Below are positions 28,381 to 37,707 of a DNA stretch of 64,000 nt, in pieces. The position numbers were made by a program, and so were the translations under genes. Positions within the stretch are counted from its first letter, which is position 1; every line of letters starts with the position of its first letter. Source of the DNA: Minisyncoccota bacterium. GTDB taxonomy: Bacteria > Patescibacteriota > Minisyncoccia > Phycocordibacterales > CALRHW01. The notes beneath the pieces are model-generated. The model was not told the DNA's origin. It saw only the letters and a program-made list of their open reading frames with translations, and made no database searches. Location of the stretch: NCBI GenBank assembly GCA_046350795.1, contig JAXLZT010000001.1, positions 484,705 to 548,704 on the forward strand, in the 5' to 3' direction.

Positions 28381-31350
28381 ATGACAACAAAAACAAACAC
28401 AAAAGAATCAGGATTTGAAGAATTTATTGAGCAAGAGCTCAAGTGTCTTCATTCATACCGAACCCGATCAACCTCTTCATATAACAAAGAGCTTTGTATG
28501 GATACCGAGTTGGTCCTCGAGTTTATTCATACAACACAGAAAGATAGTTGGGATAAATTAGTTGAACAATATGGTGGCGATGTTGCCAATCGATTCTTGG
28601 CTAGACTAGATGAAGAGCTTCTTTCTCGTGGTCTTTTGAGCGTACTTCGTGAGGGTGTGAGAGATCGTGGTGTTACGATTAAGCTCGCATATTTCAAACC
28701 TGAAAACGATAGAAACCCCGAGACACTTGCCGACTACGCAGGGAATATCTTGAGCGTAATGCGCCAGGTCAAATATAGTGCCAAGAACGAGAACTCTATC
28801 GACATGGTTATCTTTGTAAATGGTCTTCCTCTCTTTACCGCTGAACTCAAGAATCAATTCACTGGACAGAATGTTATCAATGCAATTTCACAATACAGAA
28901 CTGATCGTGATCAGAAAGAAAAGTTGCTTGGATTTAAGAGATGCCTCACACACTTTGCGGTGGATACCGAACAGGCATACATGACCACTCGCCTCACAGG
29001 GCTTACTACCTACTTCCTACCATTCAACAAAGGTAACAATGGATCATCAGGTAATCCCGATGCACCAAAAGGAAAATATAAAACTCATTATCTCTGGGAA
29101 GAAATCTGGGCAAAGTATAGTATCTTTGATTTGATCGGAAATTTTATACAGGATGTGACCGAAGAGAAAGAGGATAAGAACGGTAAAAAGCAAAAGGTGG
29201 AGAAAGTTATCTTCCCTCGATACCACCAGCTTGAGACAGTAAAGAGAATCGTAGAAGATGCCAAAGCCAATGGTGCAGGTAAAAACTATTTGATTCAGCA
29301 CAGTGCAGGGTCCGGAAAGAGTAATACTATCGCATGGACAGCGCACAGACTTGCCGAACTTCATGCTGTTGAAGGAAAGAATGTATTTGACGGAGTAATT
29401 GTTGTAACTGATCGACGAGTGCTTGATAGACAGCTTTCAGATACCGTTAAAAGCTTTAGCCAGGTAACTGGTCTAGTTAAGCATGTAGAAAATGGTGGTA
29501 AAGAGCTTAAAGAATCACTCGAATCAGGAGTGAAAATCATTACAACAACCTTGCAGAAGTTTCCAGTTATCGTTGATGCCATAGAAAAAGTTGAGGGTAG
29601 AAAGTTTGCCGTAATCATTGATGAGGCGCACTCATCACAATCAGGAGAATCGGCGGCCGATTTGCGACAGGTCCTCACACTTGATGAAGCTGAAAAAGAA
29701 AGTCAGGAAGAAGAGAAAGCATTTAAGACAATTGAAGATCAGATCGTTGAGCGTATGAAGGCGCGAAAAGTTGCGTCTCCAAATTTGTCATTCTTTGCCT
29801 TTACAGCTACTCCAAAGCAAAAGACTCTTGAATTATTCGGTACGGAAGACGTGGTGACTGGTAAATTCGGTCCTTTTTCACTGTACTCGATGAAGCAAGC
29901 CATTGAAGAAAAATTCATTCTTGATGTGCTTAAGAATTACACAACCTACGAAACCTACTTCGGACTTTTGAAGAAAGTAGAAGATGACCCTGAGTTCGAC
30001 AAGAAAAAGGCTCAGCGACTTATGGTTGGATATGTTGAGCGACATGAGCATGCTATTGATAAAAAGGTGGCTATTATGGTTGAACACTTCGAGGAAAAGA
30101 TCGCCTCGCTTATTAATGGCAAGGCAAAAGCTATGGTGGTGACCAAGTCTCGACTCCATGCGGTCCGTTATAAGATTGCATTTGATAAGTATCTTAAAGA
30201 AAAAGGATACACACACAAAGCGTTGGTAGCTTTCTCTGGAACAGTTAAGGATGTTGATACCAAACTTGAATACACCGAAGGTCAGATGAATAAGGTTCCT
30301 GAAAGTCAGACTGCCGAGGAATTCAAAAATGATGATTACAAGTTTCTGATCGTAGCCGAGAAGTTCCAGACTGGATTCGACCAGCCACTATTGTCGGTAA
30401 TGTATGTAGATAAGAAACTTGGTGGTGTTGGTGCGGTCCAGACTTTGTCTCGACTTAATCGAACCACATACAACAAAGAAGAAACCTTTGTTCTTGATTT
30501 CGTAAACCAGACTGATGATATCAAGGATGCCTTCCAACCTTACTACACAACTACTGTTCTCTCAGAAGCGACAGATCCAAACATCCTGCATGATCTTGAG
30601 CGAGATGTGCGTGGGTTTAAGTTCTTCACTGATTTTGAGGTTAATGGCTTTATCGATGAACTCTATTCAAGAGCAACTCCTGACAAGCTCAATTATATTA
30701 TCGACGGCGTAGTCTCTCGCATCAACGAAGAAAACCTTACTGAAGAAGAAATGGAGAGTTTCAAGTCTACGGTATTTGATTATCTCAAGAAGTACGCATT
30801 CATCTCACAGATTGTAACCTTCGAAGATCCTCAGCTGGAAAAGTTGTTCATATTCTTGAAGTATTTGATTAGAAAGCTTCCTAAGCGTGAAAACCCACTA
30901 CCATATGAGGTCCTTCAGGCAATAGATATGGAAACATACCGAGTGGAAAAGAAAGGTGAAATGCATCTTCAACTCGAAAATGCTGAAGGCCTTATTGAGC
31001 CTATGGGCGGTGGCGATTCAAAGAGTCAAACCGAAGAAGAGAAAGATGCACTGTCTCGAATTATTAAGGAAGTAAATGAAAGATATGGAACCAACTTCAA
31101 TGATGGTGACCGAGTGATCCTTAATGATTTGAGTAAGCGACTACTTGAAAGCGAGATCCTTCAGGGTTCAGTGATGAACAACAGCAAAGATGCCGCTAAG
31201 TTGAAATTTGATCAACTCTTCCAGGACGAGCTCGTGAGCGTGCTTGATAAGCACTTTAGCTTGTATCAAAAGTTGGACCAGAGTCCAGAGCTCAAGAAGT
31301 TCGTGCAAGAACGAGTGTTCGAATTTGTGGTTAAGAAAATGAAAAAATAA
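28381..31350 (+). CDS. hsdR: type I restriction enzyme R subunit HsdR
   Basis: Walker A (SAGSGKSNT) and DEAH-like (VIIDEAHSS) helicase motifs; 989 aa with an HsdR N-terminal nuclease region. Confidence 0.9.
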   Translation: MTTKTNTKESGFEEFIEQELKCLHSYRTRSTSSYNKELCMDTELVLEFIHTTQKDSWDKLVEQYGGDVANRFLARLDEELLSRGLLSVLREGVRDRGVTIKLAYFKPENDRNPETLADYAGNILSVMRQVKYSAKNENSIDMVIFVNGLPLFTAELKNQFTGQNVINAISQYRTDRDQKEKLLGFKRCLTHFAVDTEQAYMTTRLTGLTTYFLPFNKGNNGSSGNPDAPKGKYKTHYLWEEIWAKYSIFDLIGNFIQDVTEEKEDKNGKKQKVEKVIFPRYHQLETVKRIVEDAKANGAGKNYLIQHSAGSGKSNTIAWTAHRLAELHAVEGKNVFDGVIVVTDRRVLDRQLSDTVKSFSQVTGLVKHVENGGKELKESLESGVKIITTTLQKFPVIVDAIEKVEGRKFAVIIDEAHSSQSGESAADLRQVLTLDEAEKESQEEEKAFKTIEDQIVERMKARKVASPNLSFFAFTATPKQKTLELFGTEDVVTGKFGPFSLYSMKQAIEEKFILDVLKNYTTYETYFGLLKKVEDDPEFDKKKAQRLMVGYVERHEHAIDKKVAIMVEHFEEKIASLINGKAKAMVVTKSRLHAVRYKIAFDKYLKEKGYTHKALVAFSGTVKDVDTKLEYTEGQMNKVPESQTAEEFKNDDYKFLIVAEKFQTGFDQPLLSVMYVDKKLGGVGAVQTLSRLNRTTYNKEETFVLDFVNQTDDIKDAFQPYYTTTVLSEATDPNILHDLERDVRGFKFFTDFEVNGFIDELYSRATPDKLNYIIDGVVSRINEENLTEEEMESFKSTVFDYLKKYAFISQIVTFEDPQLEKLFIFLKYLIRKLPKRENPLPYEVLQAIDMETYRVEKKGEMHLQLENAEGLIEPMGGGDSKSQTEEEKDALSRIIKEVNERYGTNFNDGDRVILNDLSKRLLESEILQGSVMNNSKDAAKLKFDQLFQDELVSVLDKHFSLYQKLDQSPELKKFVQERVFEFVVKKMKK

Positions 31351-31358
31351 TCTTATTT

Positions 31359-31835
31359 ATGAAAAAACTGACAGAAGAATTTGTTCAGAAACAAGTAGAA
31401 AAATATCTGCATGATAAGGGTTGGAATCACAACCTTAAATCAAAGGGCTTGCGTGAACATGGCTGCGATATTGTGGTATCAGATGGTAATAATAAATACA
31501 AAGCGCGCCGATTTTTCATAGAATGTAAGGGTCGATCTTACTCAAAACACGCTCGTTCAATTGCAGATACAAATATGCTGTATGGTTTAGGTCAATTGGT
31601 AACTAGAATGAAGGTGATAGCTAAACATGCTTACAAATATGGTTTGGCTCTTCCGAAGGAAAGTGCAGACATTGCACTCCGTAGGATACCGTGGCAAGTT
31701 GCACGTCAACTCTGTTTAAGTATTTTTTCAATAGACGATTCTGGTATAGTTACAGAATATTCACCAAAAGATTTTAAAAAATTTAATAAAAAACAACCCT
31801 CAAGCACGCGTAATCACAAATACCGGTGTAGGTAA
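31359..31835 (+). CDS. small PD-(D/E)xK-fold protein, YraN/UPF0102-like
   Basis: HGCDIVVSDGNN...FFIECKGR matches the D...ExK core and resembles the GEIDLI...VEVKxR block of YraN-type endonucleases. It has a C-terminal extension. Confidence 0.35.
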   Translation: MKKLTEEFVQKQVEKYLHDKGWNHNLKSKGLREHGCDIVVSDGNNKYKARRFFIECKGRSYSKHARSIADTNMLYGLGQLVTRMKVIAKHAYKYGLALPKESADIALRRIPWQVARQLCLSIFSIDDSGIVTEYSPKDFKKFNKKQPSSTRNHKYRCR

Positions 31836-32253
31836 AAAGCTAGATGAGATAGGTCTGCCGTACGAGATTGTAGAGGGTCGAGCAAATACTGATATAAATG
31901 GTGTGACTATAGAAGCGTTTGATGGAAAACATGAAGAGATTTTCCTCGAGATTGGTCAGGTGCAAAATACTGGATATTTTATAGACAACACACTCTTCTA
32001 TCCCGGTGACTCTTTTCACAATCCAGAAAAGCCAGTGGATATACTCGCTCTTCCTGTAGCTGGCCCGTGGTGTAAAATCTCTGATGCAATCAGATATGCT
32101 CTCGCAGTAAAGCCAAAGAAAGCTTTTCCTGTGCATGATGGAATATTGCAAAAAGATCGCATAGGTAGCTCTCACAAAGTACCTGAAAAAGTACTTGCCG
32201 AAAACGGCATTGAGTTTGTGATTATGAATGAGGGGGATGAGATGATACTGTAG
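31750..32253 (+). pseudogene. 5-prime-truncated remnant of an MBL-fold metallo-hydrolase gene
   Basis: The open frame (from 31750; GTG at 31903) encodes only a C-terminal MBL-fold half (...DILALPVAGPW...KKAFPVHDG...). The N-terminal HxHxDH region is missing, and the upstream part overlaps the preceding ORF out of frame. Confidence 0.45.
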
Positions 32254-32279
32254 ACTTATTCTTATTTTAGTGGTACAAT
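32251..32279 (+). promoter_or_regulatory. candidate promoter TAGACT-17-TACAAT for GC-rich cassette D
   Basis: Hexamers with a 17-nt spacer about 55 nt upstream of the cassette-D ORF. Confidence 0.35.
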
Positions 32280-32320
32280 CTTCCAAGTTACATTTGTACC
32301 TTATCAACAAACTTCAGTTC

Positions 32321-32367
32321 GCCATAGCCTACAGTGGCTTTAAATAGGCCTTTGTCGGCTATGGCGA
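32321..32367 (+). promoter_or_regulatory. leader stem-loop: 10-bp perfect inverted repeat CGCCATAGCC...GGCTATGGCG enclosing an ATG of the cassette-D ORF
   Basis: Perfect 10-bp arms separated by about 27 nt; an in-frame ATG lies inside the 3-prime arm. Coordinates are approximate (+/-2). Confidence 0.45.
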
Positions 32368-33125
32368 CACAGTGTTGCCCGCTAGCACTTCACAATGCCA
32401 TCCGTTTTACACGGACTGGCTCTACAGGAGACTGCCTAATGGGCACCTCAAATCCATCCTTTCAGACCAGCCAGATGCGTAAGGTTGAGGATACGCTACA
32501 TGAACAAGGGGTTACCCCAGAGATTCTGCAGAGAAACCTACTCGAGGGGGGTTATCTGTCGGACATTGCAGAAGCTGCGGCGTTTGGAGTACTTCCTTCT
32601 CGTAAGGAACTGCGCAATCTCTATGGTTTGAATGCGAAGACAAATCCACATCACAGCATCGTGATCAACTACGGCACGAAGAAGAATCCGAGAACACTCG
32701 GGGAGATGATCAGTTCGATAGAAGAGCTCCTTTGTGATCGTGATTCGAGTGGCTCCACGAAGACCTTTCGGGAACAGGGTCGCGTTGAGTATTTCACTCT
32801 TGTTGCAAACTTCCCCAATAAACTTCCTGATCCGAAAGCACTTCATCGCTTTCTGTCAGCGGAACCCGGCGGGAAACTCTGGATGTACGGAGGAATCGAA
32901 CACCTCGTGCATATCGACTGGAGTCAAACTTCGATTTTGGGGCCAAAGGCCCAGCTCTATGCACCAGGAGGAGCAATCCACTTCGGAAGAAATGATGAGG
33001 ACGTGCTCGTACCATACCTCACAATTAATCAGCATGGTAAGAAGTGGCTACGGTGGGAACTCAACCCATTTAGGAATGGTGTTGTTGAACTCAAGATCCT
33101 GCTTGTACGCAAGGTCAGCAACTGA
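32334..33125 (+). CDS. hypothetical protein (up to 263 aa) in GC-rich cassette D
   Basis: A GC-rich ORF whose start could be the GTG or one of the downstream ATGs. It has its own promoter-like hexamers and a strong terminator. No recognisable domain. Confidence 0.5.
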   Translation: MALNRPLSAMATQCCPLALHNAIRFTRTGSTGDCLMGTSNPSFQTSQMRKVEDTLHEQGVTPEILQRNLLEGGYLSDIAEAAAFGVLPSRKELRNLYGLNAKTNPHHSIVINYGTKKNPRTLGEMISSIEELLCDRDSSGSTKTFREQGRVEYFTLVANFPNKLPDPKALHRFLSAEPGGKLWMYGGIEHLVHIDWSQTSILGPKAQLYAPGGAIHFGRNDEDVLVPYLTINQHGKKWLRWELNPFRNGVVELKILLVRKVSN

Positions 33126-33139
33126 AGAAAGAACACGAG

Positions 33140-33169
33140 CCCGATCGCAATTGTGCGGTCGGGCTTTTC
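33140..33169 (+). terminator. intrinsic terminator of cassette D (CCCGATCGCA-attg-TGCGGTCGGG followed by CTTTTC)
   Basis: A 10-bp stem with one G-U pair, followed by a U-rich tract. Confidence 0.55.
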
Positions 33170-33191
33170 AATATATGTTAGTATTATTTTT

Positions 33192-33959
33192 ATGCTCACC
33201 GTAAAAACCCCAGTATTTGAAGGCCCGCTAGACCTGCTACTATCGCTCATCGAAAAGCGCAAGCTTTTTATAAACGACATCTCGCTTTCAAAAGTAACAG
33301 ATGATTATATTTCATACATAAACTCACCGGAAGGCAATCAAAATATTTCTCTCGGCGCCCGCGCTCACTTTATACTCGTCGCTTCGACACTTCTCCTCAT
33401 CAAATCAAAATCTCTTTTGCCGACACTTAGTCTGACAGAAGAAGAGCAAGTAAGTATCGAGGATCTCGAGGCGCGACTAAAAGAATACAAAAGAATAAAA
33501 GAGCTCAGTGTGCACGTGCGCGAAAGATTTGGCCGACACATTCTTTTTACAAAAATTCCACGCAAAAATGTGGCACCTGTTTTTTCTCCTGAAAAAAGTA
33601 TCACTGTCAGTGGACTTTTGATGGCTATAAAAGACGTCATAAAAAATATTCCGAAAATAGAGGCAATACCGAAAGCTGTTGTAAAAAAAGTTATTAGCCT
33701 AGAAGAAATGATAGAGCGACTGACAGACAGAGTAAAAGCTGGTCTCAAAATGAGTTTTAGAGAATTTGCCGGAGCTCATGGAAAAGGTGCGGGCAAAGTA
33801 ATCCCGCGTGAAGAGCGTGTCAATATCATCGTGAGCTTTCTCGCTATGCTAGAACTCGTAAAACAGGGTATTATAAACGTACATCAGGAAGACAGACACA
33901 ATGACATACACATGGAAACACAAGACGTGTCATTGCCTTCATATGGTTCACAAAATTAA
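33192..33959 (+). CDS. scpA: segregation and condensation protein A
   Basis: N-terminal FEGPLDLLLSLI motif. The ATG at 33192 (MLTVKTPV...) is preferred over the track start at 33153, which overlaps the cassette-D terminator. Confidence 0.85.
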   Translation: MLTVKTPVFEGPLDLLLSLIEKRKLFINDISLSKVTDDYISYINSPEGNQNISLGARAHFILVASTLLLIKSKSLLPTLSLTEEEQVSIEDLEARLKEYKRIKELSVHVRERFGRHILFTKIPRKNVAPVFSPEKSITVSGLLMAIKDVIKNIPKIEAIPKAVVKKVISLEEMIERLTDRVKAGLKMSFREFAGAHGKGAGKVIPREERVNIIVSFLAMLELVKQGIINVHQEDRHNDIHMETQDVSLPSYGSQN

Positions 33960-33971
33960 CATCGCAAAATA

Positions 33972-34523
33972 ATGACCACAGATTTACTCATAGAAGCATT
34001 ACTTTTTTTCAAAAATGAGCCGATAACGGTGAAAAAAATCGCGCAAGCGATAGAAAAAACGGAAAAAGAAGTAGAGACAGCGCTCGCGCAAATAGAAACA
34101 TCTTTTTCTGGTCGTGGCATACGACTCATGCGAAATGGTGATGAAGTCATGCTCGCTACAGCGCCAGAAGCAAGCGATCTCATCGCAAAAATAACAAAAG
34201 AAGAGCTGACTCGCGATCTCGGTAAAGCCGGCCTCGAAGTCCTCTCAATCATTTTATACAAAGGGCCAATATCTCGCCGAGAAATAGACTACATTCGCGG
34301 AGTAAATTCTAATTTTATTTTACGCAACCTGCTCGTGCGCGGTCTCGTAGAAAAAACTGAAAGCAAAGAAGGCGAGCGAAGCTTTACATACAAGCCGACC
34401 TTCGAACTTCTTTCATATATGGGGATAAATAAAATCGAAGATATGCCAGAATATACAGATATGAAAAAAGAGCTAGAAGTTTTTGACGAAAATCTAAACA
34501 AGGAAAGTGATGTGGAACAATAA
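33972..34523 (+). CDS. scpB: segregation and condensation protein B
   Basis: Tandem winged-helix ScpB domains (IEALLF...EPITV...). Confidence 0.85.
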   Translation: MTTDLLIEALLFFKNEPITVKKIAQAIEKTEKEVETALAQIETSFSGRGIRLMRNGDEVMLATAPEASDLIAKITKEELTRDLGKAGLEVLSIILYKGPISRREIDYIRGVNSNFILRNLLVRGLVEKTESKEGERSFTYKPTFELLSYMGINKIEDMPEYTDMKKELEVFDENLNKESDVEQ

Positions 34524-35460
34524 AGAGATCTCAGACAAAATAGTGGTGCCAATGGTCTCACTAGCGATTATACTCGTGCTCTTTTTGCTGTACTGGGGAT
34601 CAATGAAAAGTGTAAAAACTGATTCTATAATCCAATCAATAGCACAAAAAGAAAAATATAATGAGGAGGCTTTTGATGATATAAAAATTTCTGCAAAATC
34701 AGCGATGGTCTGGGATATAAAAAACCATAAAGCTATTTATTCATATAACCCAGATTTGGTTTTGCCTTTAGCTTCTCTTACAAAAGTGATGATGGCGATC
34801 ACAGCAAGTGACCTAGTGCCAGCATACACAGTGGTACCTATTAAAAAAGAATTTTTGGCAGAGGAGGGCGACTCTGGTTTTAAGGTAGATGAAAATTGGC
34901 GACTAAAAGATTTGCTTGATTTTAGCTTGATTACTTCATCAAACGACGGCGCACGAGCGATAGCTTCTGTAGCTGGCGCTATTAGTGGTGGCGCTTCTAC
35001 ATATGACATAGGACGAAAAGAGTTTGTAGACAGAATGAATGAGAAAGCAAAAAAAATAGGCCTCGACTCAATGTATTTTTCAAATGAAAATGGTCTAGAT
35101 GCAAATGCTTCTTTAGGTGGTGCTTATGGAAATGTAAAAGATGTGGTCAAACTTTTTGAATATGCTTTAAAGACAACTCCACATATTATTGAACCAACAA
35201 AAAAGAGTAGTGCCGTAATAAAATCAATAGACAATGTAGATCACGTCGCCAACAACACCAATTATGAAGTAAATTTAATACCTGGAATCATCGCCTCAAA
35301 GACTGGATACACAGCGCTCGCTGGTGGCAATTTGGCAATAGTTTTTGATGCTGAGCTTGGCCGACCAATGATCATTTCTGTGCTCGGATCGACCCTAGAA
35401 GGCCGATTTACTGATGTAGATAAGCTTATAAAAGCTAGCAGGACATATTTAGCGCAGTAG
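34507..35460 (+). CDS. D-alanyl-D-alanine carboxypeptidase (serine-type, PBP5/DacA-like)
   Basis: SxxK (ASLTK), SxN (SSN) and KTG motifs; N-terminal membrane anchor. Confidence 0.8.
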   Translation: MMWNNKEISDKIVVPMVSLAIILVLFLLYWGSMKSVKTDSIIQSIAQKEKYNEEAFDDIKISAKSAMVWDIKNHKAIYSYNPDLVLPLASLTKVMMAITASDLVPAYTVVPIKKEFLAEEGDSGFKVDENWRLKDLLDFSLITSSNDGARAIASVAGAISGGASTYDIGRKEFVDRMNEKAKKIGLDSMYFSNENGLDANASLGGAYGNVKDVVKLFEYALKTTPHIIEPTKKSSAVIKSIDNVDHVANNTNYEVNLIPGIIASKTGYTALAGGNLAIVFDAELGRPMIISVLGSTLEGRFTDVDKLIKASRTYLAQ

Positions 35461-35491
35461 GATATAATGGTCTAAATCAAGCCCAAATCAT

Positions 35492-36577
35492 ATGATAATA
35501 CTAGACGTAGTAAAAGTTTTCTTACCTTCTGTTGTGGCCTTTATCGTAGGTATAGGCATCACTCCTTTTGTGACAAATATTTTGTACAAAAAGGAAATGT
35601 GGAAAAAGCAGAGCGTACAAAAAACTATTGATGGCAGAGAAGCGGTCATATCTGCTTCACTTCACAAGGACGAAGTAAAAAAGACTCCGCGCATGGGTGG
35701 TATCGTCGTCTGGGCTTCTGTTTTTTTTACAGCATCAATTTTTTGGATATTAGGAAATGGGCTCGGTGTGGGCGCTTTTGAAAAACTTGATTTTTTGAGT
35801 CGAAATCAGACTTGGATTCCACTTTTTACACTTATTTTTGGAGGACTTGTGGGTTTTATAGATGATTTTCTTGGAACACAGGGCGGGGCAGGCAAGGGAG
35901 GATACATCGGTGGAGGACTTTCTTTGAAAAAAAGACTGCTTGTGGTGGGCGGTATCAGTCTCGTATTTGCTTTATGGTTTTATTTCAAGCTAGACATACA
36001 TTCTATCGGTATTCCTTTTATCGGTGATGTATTTATCGGTCTATTTTTTATTCCGCTTTTTGTATGTGTGGTCATAGGTATTTATTCTGGCGGAGTGATA
36101 GACGGTCTAGATGGACTATCTGGTGGAATACTCGCTTCATGTTTTGCTGCATATGCCGGTATCGCTTTTTATCAAAATCAAATCAATCTCGCTGCTCTCT
36201 GTGCTGTGATAGTGGGTGCGATACTCGCTTTTCTGTGGTTCAACATACCTCCGGCAAGATTTTATATGTCAGAGACTGGTATGATGGGTCTCACGATGAC
36301 TCTCGGTGTCGTCGCTTTTATGACGGACTCGCTTGGTCTAGGACACGGTGTCATCGTGCTTCCTATCATTGCTTTGCCACTAGTGGTGACTTCGCTTTCA
36401 AATATCATCCAGCTGACGTCTAAGAAGCTACGCAATGGCAAGAAAGTATTTTTGGTCGCGCCTATCCATCATCATTTCCAAGCTATTGGCTGGCCTGCAA
36501 CAAAAGTAACGATGCGATTTTGGATTATTGGAATAATTTCTGCGATTTTAGGAATGATCATTGGACTTATTGGTTAG
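35492..36577 (+). CDS. mraY: phospho-N-acetylmuramoyl-pentapeptide-transferase
   Basis: Polytopic membrane protein with KKTPRMGG and DD/HHH motifs; mraY-ftsW-murG context. Confidence 0.9.
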   Translation: MIILDVVKVFLPSVVAFIVGIGITPFVTNILYKKEMWKKQSVQKTIDGREAVISASLHKDEVKKTPRMGGIVVWASVFFTASIFWILGNGLGVGAFEKLDFLSRNQTWIPLFTLIFGGLVGFIDDFLGTQGGAGKGGYIGGGLSLKKRLLVVGGISLVFALWFYFKLDIHSIGIPFIGDVFIGLFFIPLFVCVVIGIYSGGVIDGLDGLSGGILASCFAAYAGIAFYQNQINLAALCAVIVGAILAFLWFNIPPARFYMSETGMMGLTMTLGVVAFMTDSLGLGHGVIVLPIIALPLVVTSLSNIIQLTSKKLRNGKKVFLVAPIHHHFQAIGWPATKVTMRFWIIGIISAILGMIIGLIG

Positions 36578-36618
36578 GGGTCACAAAAGTGCGGTGAGTT
36601 TTTTGAAAATATATTGAC

Positions 36619-37707
36619 ATGAAAAAAACAGTAGACAAACCACTCCTCATATCCATCATTATACTCGTTGTCGCCGGTTTTTTTATTTTTAGTTCTGCTT
36701 CGCTCGGCTTACTTGCGCGTGAAGGCGCAAAATTTTCAAACGTCGCTTTTTCTCAGGCTTTTTATGGGCTCTTTCTCGGCACTATTTTACTCATTGTCAC
36801 TTTGCGCATACCAGTTACTTTTTGGCGCAAAAATGCACTCTGGCTTTTTATAGCTTCTCTAGCATTGACGTCTCTTGTTTTTATCCCTGGTATTGGTTTT
36901 GAACATGGAGGAGCAAAAAGATGGATTGCGCTCGGATCTTTTTCTTTTCAACCGTCTGAATTTTTGAAAATAGGATTTATTATTTATATTGCAGCTTGGC
37001 TTTCTAGCATCAAACAAAATGTAAAAACATTTCAGTATGGTTTTATCCCTTTTGTAGTTGTCACAGGCATACTCGGCGCTGTTTTGCTCAATCAGCCAGA
37101 TACTGACACTTTTTTTGTAACATTTTTAGCGGGACTTTCTATGTTTTTTGTTGGTGGTGCACGCATTAAACACATTGTATTCATTTTTCTCATTGCCATG
37201 ATCGGTTTTGTAATAATAGCTACGATGCGACCGTATCTTATGAATAGACTTGTCACTTTTTTCAACCCTAGTCATGATTCACTTGGCTCCAGCTACCAGA
37301 TACAACAATCTCTCATCGCTATCGGCTCAGGTGGTCTCACTGGTAAAGGATTTGGGCAAAGTGTGCAAAAATTTAGCTTTTTACCTGAGCCTATTGGAGA
37401 TTCTATATTTGCGGTAGCGGGAGAAGAATTTGGATTTATAGGTAGCACGCTTATTGTCATTATGTTTGCTTTTTTTGCTTTTCGAGGGCTAAAAATAGCA
37501 GGGCATACGACCGATACTTTTGGTGGACTTATGGCTGTAGGAATTGTTATACTGATCGTGTCGCAAGCATTTATCAATATCGCTTCGATGCTCAACGTTT
37601 TCCCTCTGTCGGGCATACCTTTGCCTTTTGTTAGTCACGGTGGTACGGCTCTGATGATGACGCTCGCTGAGGTGGGGATATTGCTCAACATTTCAAAGAA
37701 AAAATGA
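36619..37707 (+). CDS. ftsW: SEDS family peptidoglycan glycosyltransferase FtsW/RodA
   Basis: Ten-transmembrane SEDS topology with conserved C-terminal motifs; mraY-murG context. Confidence 0.85.
   Translation: MKKTVDKPLLISIIILVVAGFFIFSSASLGLLAREGAKFSNVAFSQAFYGLFLGTILLIVTLRIPVTFWRKNALWLFIASLALTSLVFIPGIGFEHGGAKRWIALGSFSFQPSEFLKIGFIIYIAAWLSSIKQNVKTFQYGFIPFVVVTGILGAVLLNQPDTDTFFVTFLAGLSMFFVGGARIKHIVFIFLIAMIGFVIIATMRPYLMNRLVTFFNPSHDSLGSSYQIQQSLIAIGSGGLTGKGFGQSVQKFSFLPEPIGDSIFAVAGEEFGFIGSTLIVIMFAFFAFRGLKIAGHTTDTFGGLMAVGIVILIVSQAFINIASMLNVFPLSGIPLPFVSHGGTALMMTLAEVGILLNISKKK

Noticed and set aside
31840-32310. 156-aa minus-strand ORF antisense to the MBL-fold remnant
   Set aside because: Composition is typical of an antisense frame and there is no Shine-Dalgarno or promoter. 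The plus-strand frame has recognisable MBL-fold sequence.
36064-36423. 119-aa plus-strand ORF inside mraY (alternate frame), plus similar alternate-frame ORFs in ftsW, murG, gltX and the permease genes
   Set aside because: They are embedded within confidently called membrane-protein and enzyme genes. The Cys/Arg-rich products are typical of frame-shifted reads.
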